Origin: Eledone cirrhosa
Taxonomy: Eukaryota
DNA: 64,000 nt
Reading direction: 5' to 3'
Assembly: GCA_964016885.1 (NCBI GenBank)
Contig: OZ024742.1
Location: 336,722,001 to 336,786,000, forward strand
Shown in pieces: positions 15,178-27,117 of this stretch. The position numbers and the translations under genes are program-made. The notes beneath the pieces were generated by a model that was given only the letters and a program-made list of their open reading frames with translations, was not told the DNA's origin and made no database searches. Each line of letters opens with the position of its first letter. The stretch's first letter is position 1.

Positions 15178-16425
15178 CTATATGCCATTTTCTATAAGTA
15201 GAGATGGGTATTTTTGTTTGAGCAAAAATGCTGTTAGTTCTGTTAGGCTTTTGTACCTGGTATTCGTATCTTCTACAATGGTACAAATTCTTCTGGCTAG
15301 GCAGTATGGGATGTTGCGTTTTGTATGAGGTGGATGGCACGACTTAAAATTCAGATATTGATGGGTGTCTGTGTGTTTATAATATATATCCGTGGTAATG
15401 GTGGTGTCGTTTTTTATTATCATTATATCTAGGAATGGTAATTTGGTACTACTCATCTCTTTTGTGAATTGGAGAGATGGATGTAGGTTATTCAGGAGGA
15501 TATTGAACTCGTCCAGAGTATCTAGGGATTCTGTCCAGATGATGAAACAGTCGTCAAGGTATCTCTTCCAAGATTTTTCAATGTACTTTCTAAAGTCAGT
15601 GCTATATTTTTCCTCTATTTCTTGGTAGAGTTGTTGTTCTAAGTATCCCATTACAGAGTTCGCGTAAACGGGAGCAAACTTCGTTCCCATTGCTGTGCCT
15701 CTAATTTGGTTGTAATTCTTTCCATTGAAGAAGAAAGTGTTGTTTTCCAGAATAAGTTTAACTGCGTCTAATATAAATGGCGCTGTGAATCTGATGGGAA
15801 TCACTTCTCTATGTTTTTCCACCCAGTATTTAACCGCCTTTATTCCTAAATCATGTGTAATGTTGGTGTAAAGGCTTACCACATCAAAACTAAGTAGAAG
15901 TGAATTCGTTTCCGTGGTTTTGGGAAGATGGGACAGGAAGTCGATATCATCCCGGATGAAACTGGGTATGTGAATACATAGTGGTTTCAAAATAATGTCA
16001 ACAAAATTGCTTAGACGGTGGGTGGGGCATGTTGGACCAGCTATAATAGGTCTAAGTTTTAAGTCTTTTGGGTGTAGTAATTTAATGTACTCACAGTTTT
16101 GTTCTCTTACTGCCAGTTGTATTTCTTTTGACTTATGAACTTTCGGTAGGCCATACAGGTTGCTGGGTTTCGGCTCAAAATTGGTGATGTAGTCTCTTTC
16201 CTTATCAGTAAGTGAGTTGTGGTATTTTGAAGCCAGGTTGTTGATCTTCTTCATGATGTTGTGGTCTATATTTGACGGTATTTCATGATAGAATGTTGTG
16301 TCGTTCAGTTGTTCCTCAACCAAATCCTTGTAGTATTCAGTATCCATTATAACAACTGCACCCCCTTTATCTGCTTGTTTAATTATTATTTTTTTATCAT
16401 TTTGTATACGTTTAAGTGCAGACAT
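15178..16425 (-). pseudogene. Penelope-type reverse transcriptase domain (415 aa, uninterrupted)
   Basis: All core RT motifs are present in the ORF track translation. The frame stops before the endonuclease. Confidence 0.92.
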
Positions 16426-16679
16426 TTCTGATTTGTTAATGTTTGGCCTGACATTAGTATTATGTCTAAGAGGAAATTTAGACAGGATGTCAATGCAAAT
16501 TAAAATGAAGAATTAGAAATAGGACTATCCATCATTAGTGATCTACTAGCCATCATAGGTATTTCTTCCCACTAAAGACCAGATACCTCAGGCTAGCGCG
16601 AACAATATCTAAAATAAGTTATTGAGATAAAAAGAATTGGGTGGAGAAAGAGAGACAACACAGCACGCCATTTTTCATT

Positions 16680-16734
<55 letters not shown>

Positions 16735-16739
16735 AAATA

Positions 16740-16864
<125 letters not shown>

Positions 16865-16879
16865 GTGTATATATATATA

Positions 16880-16910
<31 letters not shown>

Positions 16911-16981
16911 GTGTATATATATATATATGTGTATATATATATATATATATATTATATATGTGTATATATATATATATATTA

Positions 16982-17058
<77 letters not shown>

Positions 17059-17084
17059 ATATATATATAAATATTGTTATACTT

Positions 17085-17585
17085 TGGGAGGGTCATGTTG
17101 CCAATAAGAAACACACGCACCAGTTGCTTTCACTTCAATTTAATTTATTATATATTTATAAATTTACAAATTTATAAATTTCTGGTTGGTTGGTTGAATG
17201 AACACAAACACACACAGACACCCGGATGTGGCGCATGCGCAAACTGAGCACGCAACCCACACACAAACAAAATGGCGTAGGATAGAAGAAAGGAAAGGCA
17301 CAGAAACGAAGAAAGAAATCCCCAGTCACTGAAGAGGTCACAGAGTGTGTGACGAAAGAACTATGACTATATATATATAAACAACTATCTGGTTGTGGAA
17401 CCAACCAACCAACCAGAAATTTATAAATTTGTAAATTTATAAATATATAATAAATTAAATTGAAGTGAAAGCAACTGGTGCGTGTGTTTCTTATTGGCAA
17501 CATGACCCTCCCTAAGTATAACAATATCGGTTTCAACACACGATTTCAGATAAAGAATCTTGCTAAACAAATTCAGAAACGAAAT
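17085..17585 (+). mobile_element. Non-coding fold-back element, family A (other copies 26938-27360 minus, 58460-58665 partial, related 49665-49960)
   Basis: An ~120-bp inverted repeat (17075-17195 vs 17399-17524) encloses a hammerhead, and the element is flanked by (TA)n. Confidence 0.8.
17324..17368 (+). ncRNA. Type I hammerhead ribozyme (family A)
   Basis: AGTCA-CTGAAGA-G GTCACA GAGTG TGTGAC-GAAA-GAAC-TA-TGACT: stem I 5 bp, stem II 6 bp. Confidence 0.8.
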
Positions 17586-17732
17586 ATATATATAAATATA
17601 TATATATATATATTATATATATATATATTATATATATATGTTATATATATATATTATATATATATATGTGTATATATATATATATATATTATATAAATAT
17701 ATGTATAAATAAATATATATATATATATATTA

Positions 17733-18078
17733 TACGTTATTCGGGTTGAATCGGAGGTAACCACAGTAAGTAAGGTACTCAATACATTGCAGAGTATAAA
17801 AGTTTTAATATAGATGAGATTCTACAGGACTAGAACTGTTTCATTCTTTAGAAATCATCAGGATTCTGGGTATCAAAAAATAAATATGGTATTTATAGGT
17901 CTCTACAAGTGGTAGGAGAGGGTGGGGAGTGGGATGGGTACCCATCCCACTCCCCACCCTCTCCTACCACTTGTAGAGACCTATAAATACCATATTTATT
18001 TTTTGATACCCAGAATCCTGATGATTTCTAAAGAATGAAACAGTTCTAGTCCTGTAGAATCTCATCTATATTAAAACT
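17733..18078. mobile_element. Family B element: perfect 278-bp palindrome (17801-18078) carrying two divergent hammerheads (17817-17867 minus, 18012-18062 plus)
   Basis: Palindrome centre GGTACC at 17937-17942. HHR: AGAATC-CTGATGA-T TTC TAAA GAA T-GAAACAG TTCTAGTC CTGTA-GAATCT, with TATAAATA upstream and (TA)n flanks. Confidence 0.85.
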
Positions 18079-18220
18079 ATATATATTATATATATATATG
18101 TTATATATATATATATGTATAAATATATATATATATGTATTATATATATATATGTATAAATATATATATATATATATGTATAAATATATATATATATATA
18201 TTATATATATATATGTATAA

Positions 18221-18299
<79 letters not shown>

Positions 18300-18342
18300 G
18301 TATAAATATATATATATATATATTATATATATATATGTATAA

Positions 18343-18419
<77 letters not shown>

Positions 18420-18500
18420 GTATAAATATATATATATATATTATATATATATAGATAAATCTACCAAGAGTTTACGGTAGTGTCCAATCCGTATGAAGGA

Positions 18501-18655
18501 TTCATTATTTCTGAAGACGGCGTATATGTGTGTTTGGTATGTATATTTAATCTTGATAGTTTGTATAATTTTGTATAATTTTGTACATAGATCTGTTGAA
18601 TATGCATGCCAATTCTAACACATATATATCCTAGAAACGATCGTTAAATAATGAA
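18501..18655 (+). ncRNA. Type I hammerhead ribozyme with a very long stem II
   Basis: TTCATTATTT-CTGAAGA-(~115-nt hairpin)-GAAA-CGATCG-TT-AAATAATGAA: perfect 10-bp stem I and palindromic stem III. Confidence 0.8.
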
Positions 18656-18838
18656 CTTTTTTTGTTTAATATAAGGAACTGTTTCATTGTTTTATTCATT
18701 ATTTGTTTAATATTTTATTATATATATATATATATATAATAATTATATATATATATATATATTATATATATATATATATTATATATATATAATAATTATA
18801 TATATATATATTATATATATATATATATATACATATAT

Positions 18839-18905
<67 letters not shown>

Positions 18906-18966
18906 TATATATACATATATATATATATAATATAAGATCAAAAGATGGTTAAAGGAGTTCCATGTA

Positions 18967-19033
18967 TTTTATTATGCGCATTTCAAAAACAAACATCATC
19001 ATGCAATAATATTTGTGTTTTCATCAGATAAAA
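18967..19033 (-). ncRNA. Type I hammerhead ribozyme (family D; element ~18929-19122)
   Basis: TTTTAT-CTGATGA-AAACACAAATATTATTGCATGATGATGTTTGTTTTT-GAAA-TGCGCA-TA-ATAAAA, with palindromic TGCGCA. Identical copies occur at 59242 and 59410. Confidence 0.82.
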
Positions 19034-19120
19034 CAGGAGAACATGATATGAAGGCTAAAAAACACTTGTGGATAGTGCAGTTTTAAATCAACATATTGTA
19101 CTACAATAAAACTCACCTCC

Positions 19121-19227
<107 letters not shown>

Positions 19228-19328
19228 ATAAATATATATATATATATATAATATATATATATATTTATTTATACGTGGGAAAGTAAGAAATCGGAGAATA
19301 GACCGTTAAAACATGTTTATTTAAAACA

Positions 19329-19370
19329 CCACCTACGTACGTTTCGCCCAGTTGGGCTTCTCAAGGGCAT
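19329..19370 (-). ncRNA. Hammerhead ribozyme, U3-A8 core variant
   Basis: GCCC-TTGAGAA-GCCC AACT GGGC-GAAA-CGTACG-TA-GGTGG. Stem III is palindromic and AATAAA lies downstream; stem I is imperfect. Confidence 0.65.
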
Positions 19371-19792
19371 AAATAATCAAAAGTGTTCCTTATATTGCTC
19401 GGAAAGAGTTTTTGGGGTTAAATGCACATCAAGGTTCATTGCTCGCAAAAATAGCTTGTTTTGATTTTGCAGCAGGTCAAGGGAGGTAACTCTGGTCGGT
19501 GTTAGGGCAGTCTTTCCCGGACAATTTTTTTTTTTTTTTTTTTCTGCTACGAGATGAGGTTACAACCTTACCATTGTCGATACGCATGTAATCAACGCTT
19601 ATTTTGGGAGTTTTTTTGTTTTTTTTTTGCCGCATCTGTTTGTCTGAGTCGTTTGAGGCTGGGTCTGGTATGCAAGGATTGTTTCCTGGGTGTTATTTTG
19701 TAGCGCCTGCCCGCCGGGTTGTTAAGACTTGTTGCAGGGAGATCCGGTGCACTGTTTCACTCCTCATCCTTAACCCATCTGAAGAAGGATAT

Positions 19793-19815
19793 TTTACTAC
19801 TACTACTACTACTAC

Positions 19816-19859
<44 letters not shown>

Positions 19860-19871
19860 TTGCTACTGCTG

Positions 19872-19910
<39 letters not shown>

Positions 19911-20070
19911 ATACTAATACTACTACTACTACTACCACCACTACTGCTACTACCACCACCACTACCACCGCCGCCAACACTACTACAACTACCACCACTA
20001 CTACCACCACCAATACCAATACCACTACCACCACCACGACCACCACCACCACTACCACCTCCACCGCCAC
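19793..20070. repeat. Compound trinucleotide microsatellite (TAC)n-(TAG)n-(TAC/CAC)n
   Basis: Direct reading. It produces the poly-T/S/L/V ORFs. Confidence 0.95.
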
Positions 20071-20326
20071 CATAGAAGATATAGAAAGAGAGTGAGGGAG
20101 TGTGGTAAAGATATATACAGAGGAGACAAGCATAAAATACAGAGACAGCTTGATATATAAAGAGAGGTATTCTGACAGCTATCTGATGATATTCTATATT
20201 GGTGATTTGAAGTTGATTTATATCTCGTAGCAATTACATTATTTTGATAACTGTTGCACTGTTTCTGAGCCTTTAGGAGACATACACATATACACACATA
20301 CACTCTCATTTATAGTATAGGTATGT

Positions 20327-20389
<63 letters not shown>

Positions 20390-20460
20390 AGAAATAGGAT
20401 TTCGCTTCAAGCATAGCTTTATACAATATGTATAAATTTCCTTGTAGATACGAAATATTT

Positions 20461-20497
<37 letters not shown>

Positions 20498-20500
<3 letters not shown>

Positions 20501-20704
20501 GAAAATGTTCAAGACCCCGACGGCACAGCTCAAGCTGTTTTGACGGCTATTTCTGGACATAGCCGTCCAGAAATAGCCGTCGAAACGGCTTGAGCTCTGC
20601 CGTCGGGGTCTTGAACATGTTTCTATTACCCACTCTATTACACTAAGTATTGAGTACTCTGGTGCGTTATGGTCCACCTGGTTCATTACCACACTTCCTT
20701 CGTT
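20498..20704 (+). mobile_element. Family X element, 5'-truncated with fold-back (other copies 21009-21213, 49144-49333, 52020-52086, 61410-61538, 61571-61766, 63896-63976)
   Basis: Shared ...GCCGTCGAAACGGCTTGAGCTCTGCCGTCGGGGTC...CCTAAGTATTGAGTACT...TTCCTTCGTT followed directly by (TA)n. Contains the 3' half of a hammerhead. Confidence 0.88.
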
Positions 20705-20947
20705 ATATATATATATAACCTTTTTGTATTTATCGTTGTTGTGTATAAGTATAGCCACTGCCTTCGGTCGTTTCTGGACGATGATGTTTAACTTTTTGCC
20801 CCATTGAGTGCTTTATGATTGCCTCAAACAACTCGATTAGTGCCTGCAATATGGCGGCTACAACGTCGATTCATACCCAATATTATATATATGTGTGTGT
20901 ATGTATGTGTATATAAATATTTATATCTGTGTGTATGTATGTGGATG

Positions 20948-21010
<63 letters not shown>

Positions 21011-21209
21011 CAAAGGAATTGTGGTAAGGAACCATATTGACCATAACGCACCAGAGTACTCAATACTTAGGGTAGTAGAGTTGGAAATAGGAAAAAGTAT
21101 GACCCCGACGGCAGAGCTCAAGCCGTTTCGACGGCTATTTCTGGACTCAGAAACGTCTTGAGATCTGCCGTCGAAACGGCTTGAGCTCTGCCGTTGGGGT
21201 CATACTTTT

Positions 21210-21251
<42 letters not shown>

Positions 21252-21335
21252 ATATGTGGGGGGGGGGGGGTCAGCATGGCATCAGCCTGTCGGTTGGAAC
21301 AAGTAAAAGAGTATGTGTGGAATATTATTATTATG

Positions 21336-21481
21336 CAACACAGTTGCATGCTCCCTAAGGTTTTAAAGCCTACACTAGCGTAGATCAAAGGCACGCTATA
21401 TCTACTAGTGTTGTTATAGCGTCTCTTTCATCTATGCTAGTGTAGGCTTTGAAACCTTAGGTAGCATGATCAACTGTGTTG
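21336..21481. repeat. Imperfect inverted repeat (~65-bp arms, 14-nt spacer), MITE-like
   Basis: CAACACAGTTGCATGCTCCCTAAGGTTTTAAAGCCTACACTAGC...GCTAGTGTAGGCTTTGAAACCTTAGGTAGCATGATCAACTGTGTTG. Confidence 0.75.
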
Positions 21482-21499
21482 AGAAATTATTTATAATAA

Positions 21500-21690
21500 T
21501 TATTTCTACTTTTGGAACAAGTCCAACAATTATCTCAGTACATTACTGGTACTTTATTTTATCGACCCCATAAGGATAAAAGGCAAAGTTAACCTCGGCA
21601 GGATTTAAACTCAGATCATAACTCTATGTTCTCTATGCTTTAACTCTATGCTGCAAAGCATGGCGTCCGATACTGCCAATCCACCGCCCT
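21500..21690 (-). mobile_element. S1 SINE
   Basis: Reverse complement of the S1 consensus, with a small internal rearrangement. Confidence 0.85.
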
Positions 21691-22177
21691 TATTATAATA
21701 ATATAAATTATTTATAATAATGCAAAAGAAGCAAAGATAGAAATTAAGTTATTTTGTTCTTCTGACACGTTTCTACAAAGACAAAAGAAAGAAAAAGAAA
21801 AGAAAAAAAAACAAACAAAAAGTAAAAGCTTTGCTCAAACTCTATTATTCATGCCTTCTCCATTCTGTCCACCGGGGCTGTGGGTGGGCCCCATCGGTAC
21901 CAATACACTAGTTAAATGCCATTCTTTCATCACAAAGAAATTATATTGCTCAATACTTAGATGTACATTACAAATGGAAACTTAGAAAATTAGACCACCA
22001 CCATGTGTAAATAAATAAACTTTGAAATTTATAATAGATGTATTTATATATCACAATCTGAACTCAAGAAATTAATAATTAATTTTGTTTATATGTGACG
22101 TCAGAAATGATCAAGGAAGCAATGTCCGTAAAATGGCATCGTTATAACCACAACAATGAGATGATATATGATAGACA

Positions 22178-22257
<80 letters not shown>

Positions 22258-22261
22258 GAAC

Positions 22262-22421
22262 AATCGATCGACTTTCGTCAAATCGGACCGAGGAAACAAT
22301 GTTTCCGTTGGTCTTTCCAATTGCTAATACTATCTATCGGTCGCAACTCCAGGTAGAAGGAGCAACGTGAAATAAAGTGTCTTGCTCAAGGACATAACGC
22401 ATCGCCCGGTCCAGGAATCGA
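22262..22421 (-). mobile_element. Second tRNA-derived SINE family (S2); longer copy at 25947-26153, diverged copies at ~32180-32395 and ~36080-36320
   Basis: Shared GAGCAACGTGAAATAAAGTGTCTTGCYCAAGGACA...GGAATCGAAC, which gives a B-box GTTCGATTCC on the minus strand. Confidence 0.75.
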
Positions 22422-22519
22422 ATATATATATATCGATTTATGTGTGTGAGTTACGATTTGAGTGTATAAACGGAAAGGAAGAGTGATCAAAGAAAGGCCA
22501 TCAATGATTACAAGGAATA

Positions 22520-22703
22520 ATTGTTTCTATTTTAGGCACAAGGCCAGCAATTACCCAGTGCATTACTGGTACTTTATTTTATCGACCCCGTAAGGATGAA
22601 AGGCAAAGTCAACCTCGGCGGGATTTGAACTCAGATCGTAAAGGGACGTAACTATGCTGGAAAGCATGGCGTCCGACCCTCTACCGATACTACCAATCCA
22701 CCG
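22520..22703 (-). mobile_element. S1 SINE with an AAGGAATAAT target-site duplication
   Basis: Near-identical to 14120-14310 in reverse, flanked by direct repeats. Confidence 0.9.
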
Positions 22704-23274
22704 ATTAAAAGGAATAATAGAAGGCAACTAGTTCTGAGGGAGAGGGTGAGAGAATGAGATGTAGTCAGAGCAGATCAGAGATAGCAATAGAGAGAGGTGA
22801 AAGTGATGTTGCTTGTGAAATGATGATCGTTTTAGTGAGAGGTGGGTAGCTTGTATGAGAAAGAGAAATAAGATCTTGCTAATGCAATGTAATAGAAAAA
22901 GAGAGAGAAAGAAAGGCTAATGGCAAGAAAGCGTAATATATGGAGCAGACGACCGAGATTTTTCCATTGTTGATTTCAAATCACTGACTTACATAATAAA
23001 TAAACAACTGGTTAGAACGGGTGGAAATAGGTCGGAAACAGTGTAGTGGATATGGTGAGAAAGTTTGATTTAATTCATTATATTTATTTGATTGTTTTAT
23101 ACTTATTTCATGCGCTGCCATAATTTCAATTTAATTTCGATGTTATTTATACAGAAATAAATATAATAATAATAATTACTAGCAGTAGTAGCCGACGTTG
23201 CTCCGGAAATAGATGACTCAGTTGGTGAATAATTTCTTAGAAAATAATAACTGCAACTCTGCATAAATATACTA

Positions 23275-23491
23275 CAGGGTGGGCCAGAATTCATGACTCG
23301 CTCGTTAGTTATATTTCTTAACATGCTTATTTTATTGCTATTGTATTACATGTGTACATTTGTGTGCTTACCGTATCTTGTTCATGAGCTTATGCCTGTA
23401 TATGTTATTATATTCCTTAACTTGTTTTATAACATTTTGTGTTAATAGACCTATAAATAATCAAGTGAGTCATGAATTATGTCCCATCCTG
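23275..23491. mobile_element. Tc1/mariner-type MITE
   Basis: TA|CAGGGTGGGCCAGAATTCATGACTCGCTCG ... CAAGTGAGTCATGAATTATGTCCCATCCTG|TA: ~30-bp imperfect TIRs and a TA duplication. Confidence 0.8.
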
Positions 23492-24574
23492 TACTTGATA
23501 CACGACGTTTGTATTCAAATAGTTTCCGTCTGCCCATAGACGGAGCTGGACGAGATGTGCGCGGAGTGACGAAACCGTTCTACATGCACTCGTTCAGTGT
23601 TCGAGCATTGCTGACTTGTGGAATTTGTTGAACAACTGTTATCAATTGTAGGAGGGATCCGGCATTCGGCCGACTCCATTGTGAAGATCGTCCCACCCCC
23701 TACCTTTGGTACCTTTGGTCGATAAAAGTAGACAGTTTTTCTCTGTCTGGTATTTATCTGGAAGTGTTCGTCATCCAGTATTCATATTATACCTTTTCTT
23801 TTACTTGGTAGATCTCGAGGAAGATGCAATGCTCATAACATTCATAATTCCTCCTAGACCAGGGATGGAGGATCCGTACCGCCACTGTTTTATCTAAACT
23901 ATTACAAGTCCACTATTAATCATTCTTTATCAGTCCCACGACACTTGTCTCTGCTATTTTTTTTTTTTCACATATCTGATGGAATTGTATGGGCGCCGTT
24001 GTGACATGATGTGTCTTCGATATTTTAAACGTGATGCAGCTCATTCCTCACCAATACCAACACACCCAATTTCTTCCACAGAAGGAGAGAGAGAGAAAGA
24101 GAGAGGGAGAGAGGGAGAGAGAGAGAGTAAAAGAGAGTGAGAAAAAGATATAGACAAAGAATCGAACCCATTTTTTGTTTAACTATCTGTTATATAATCT
24201 CCATGTAATTATGATCATCTGGTACTTATCATATATGTTCCTATTTGTCGGAACATAAATAGACAGTAAACGTATACACAAACACAAACACACGTCTACA
24301 AAATATCACTCACAAGACATTGGTAAATATGATGACATTTTACACAATGTGGCTCGCAGTACTACTGAAGACGGAACCATGAAATTACAAAGAGAACTTC
24401 TTAATTAGACAGACATACTTACGTCTATAGTTAAACATATCTTCTATAAAGACATATGTAATAGATCATCCTATATATATGGGGGAGGTCTATGGATATA
24501 CATATATATATATATATATGGGGGGGACAACACGGGAGACCAATACAATACATTACTTGATATAGTTGGAAAAC

Positions 24575-24610
24575 TCTTAACATTTTGGGCATTAGTCCTT
24601 CATCAGAAGA
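24575..24610 (-). ncRNA. Degenerate hammerhead (GAAA mutated to AAAA)
   Basis: TCTT-CTGATGA-AGGACTAATGCCC-AAAA-TG-TT-AAGA, which parallels the motifs at 28054 and 29145. Confidence 0.5.
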
Positions 24611-24822
24611 TAGAAAGAGAGAGAAGAGAAGATTTTTGAGAGAGAAAAGAAAGAAAAACGATGACAAGTGAGAGTAAAAGATGAAAACGGTGAAAGGGAT
24701 ATATAGAAGAAGAAGCACCTGTTGTTATTAGTCAGCCATCTTATTAAATACATATACGACATACATGCATACGTACAGACACAGACACGCGCACACACGC
24801 ACGCGCGCACACACACACACAC

Positions 24823-24875
<53 letters not shown>

Positions 24876-24974
24876 TAAATATTTGCTCTACGGTTTTATA
24901 TATATTTATATATATATATTATCCTTATCGAGCCCTCTTTGGACTTTAGTCTTTACATTTATTATTATTATTAT

Positions 24975-25078
24975 CGGGGTTAACTTTGCCTTTCATCCTT
25001 ACGGGGTCGATAAAATAAAGTACCAGTAATACACTGTGATAATTGCTGGCCTTGTGCCAAAAGTAGAAACAATTATTA
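24975..25078 (+). mobile_element. 5'-truncated S1 SINE
   Basis: 3' half of the S1 consensus. Confidence 0.85.
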
Positions 25079-25080
25079 TA

Positions 25081-25140
<60 letters not shown>

Positions 25141-25350
25141 TTTAGTACAGCATTGACGAAGCTTTAGTATACGGCCAAGCTAGCATATATGCATAATCGG
25201 TCTGTAGCTTTAGCACTCGGATGAGGTAAGACCCCAGAGTAATAACATTACGTTCAGACAGCTTAGCAAATCAGATATAGCAGTCGGCAGTCCGACCGCA
25301 TTACCAGAGCAACGAAAATACAGGACCCAGGAAAAGATTTTATACTGATA

Positions 25351-25381
<31 letters not shown>

Positions 25382-25550
25382 ATTTAATATATACTCCCGT
25401 AAGTTTGAGTAAAACTTTAGGCAGTCAGTATTCGGCTGCGCTTTCTAGCAACCAGCCTACTTGACCACAGGCCACGTGATGGTTCTTAGACATTTTGAAT
25501 TCATTTCTGGCGGGGATCATGGTAGAAGAATCTTAGTCCAGTCTGAGGTA

Positions 25551-25630
25551 TCTCCTGATGAGTTCCGAGCCTCGTGGATTTATCCAAGACCGGATATATT
25601 CAAAAAGTGGTACGAAACCCCAGGTTGAGA
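25551..25630 (+). ncRNA. Type I hammerhead ribozyme with irregular stem II
   Basis: TCTC-CTGATGA-GT...AC-GAAA-CC CCA GG-TT-GAGA. Confidence 0.6.
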
Positions 25631-26151
25631 CTGAGAATTTTGGTAAAATTTATGTGCATTTTTTTTCTAACTTCAATTTTGTACCTACTTCTGTGTAGTT
25701 AACTATTTGTCTAGTCAATTTCTACAGGCTAGGAGAAATACTAGGTAGATGCCATGTAATTGTACATCGCGGAAAAGTTTCTATATCATTTATCTATTAT
25801 TTCTTCATAAGTACATTTTAAACTTATAGCCTCGTTTAAATGATTTTTTGTGTGGTTAATTTATACTGATTGGGAGAGGAAATACTGTATATATTCTATC
25901 TAATGATTCTTTGGACTTACATTTATATATATATATATATATATGTCAGTCGATTGACTTTCGTCAAATCGGACCAAGGAAACAATGTTTCCATTGGTCT
26001 TTCCAATTACTAATACTATCTATCGGTCGCAATTCCAGGTAGAAGGAGCAACGTGAAATAAAGTGTCTTGCCCAAGGACATAACGCATCGCCAGGTCCAG
26101 GAATCGAACTCACAACCTCACGATTGAGAGTTCAATTCTCTTACCACTTTA

Positions 26152-26196
<45 letters not shown>

Positions 26197-26201
<5 letters not shown>

Positions 26202-26903
26202 GTGGATGAATACCTCAACAGGTACAATGTACCTGTAGAAATATTCAAGTTGTTTATAATACTTGTGGTTCAATGGTACTAATTCGAGATGCCAGAACAA
26301 TATAAAAAGTAGCGAAGCAAGCGGTTATTAAACAATTCTCTAAATAAATTAAAAAACGATTTAAATAATCACCTGTTCCATTGCTGTTACCGACGGTTTC
26401 ATCATTCCGAAAGATTGGAAATCCAGAGAATTTCCAATGGAAAGAAATGAATCTTCAGACAGTCTATTTCCACGCCATAAGGTTGCAAGCCTCATAGTAA
26501 GTAAATATTTTGCTCCCTGCCTAACGCATGCGGTCAAGCCGTTAAAATGACACACACGCAAAATCAGGTCGCTGATAATAGCTGTATATTATAAACATGT
26601 TGATATTGCCACTAAAATTAGCAGCATTATTCAACGTTTTGTTCTCTACATAAGGGGAAAAATTATAGAAGTGGATGAATACCTCAACAGGTACAATGTA
26701 CTTGTAGAAATATGCAAGTTGTTTATAATATTTGTGGTTCAATGGTACTAATTCGAGATGCCAGAACAATATAAAAAGTAGCGAAGCAAGCGGTTATTAA
26801 ACTATTCTCTAAATAAATTAAAAAACGATTTAAATAATCACCTGTTCCATTGCTGTTACCAACGGTTTCATCATTCCGAAAGATTGGAAATCCAGAGAAT
26901 TTC

Positions 26904-26907
<4 letters not shown>
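26197..26907. repeat. 1.5 copies of a ~468-bp tandem unit between (TA)n tracts; possibly a decayed Helitron Pif1 helicase fragment on the minus strand
   Basis: 26197-26437 is duplicated at 26665-26907. Minus-strand peptides NNAANFSGNINMFIIYSYYQRP and LTMRL...SFLSIGN loosely resemble the Pif1 FGG..GDFRQ.P and NMR..LL.IGNG motifs. Confidence 0.6.
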
Positions 26908-26942
<35 letters not shown>

Positions 26943-27074
26943 ATGCTTTGGGAGGGTCATGTTGCCAATAAGAAACACACGCACCAGTTGCTTTCACTTC
27001 AATTTATTATAAATTAAATTTATAAATTTCCGGTTGGTTGGTTGGTTCCACAACCAGACGATTGTTCATATATT

Positions 27075-27117
27075 GTCAAAGTTCTTTCTTCACACATTAT
27101 GTGACCTCTTCAGTGAC
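27075..27117 (-). ncRNA. Hammerhead ribozyme (family A copy)
   Basis: GTCA-CTGAAGA-GGTCACATAATGTGTGAA-GAAA-GAAC-TT-TGAC. Confidence 0.7.

Larger units (their letters stand above)
14557..16490 (-). mobile_element. Penelope-like retroelement (RT + GIY-YIG endonuclease), 5'- and 3'-truncated, with one frameshift near 15180
   Basis: RT motifs ADKGG, YGLPKVHK, LRPII, SFDVVSLYTNI, GTAMGTKFAP, RYLDD, LPFLDI, followed by a GIY-YIG domain (NLIYRIKCLNCEELYVGQT...R). The Cys-rich linker and CxxC between the GIY and YIG motifs suggest a Neptune-like clade (inference). Confidence 0.95.

Noticed and set aside
23500-23900. Balanced-GC stretch that might be an exon or transposase fragment
   Set aside because: There is no sustained ORF or motif that I can recognise on either strand.
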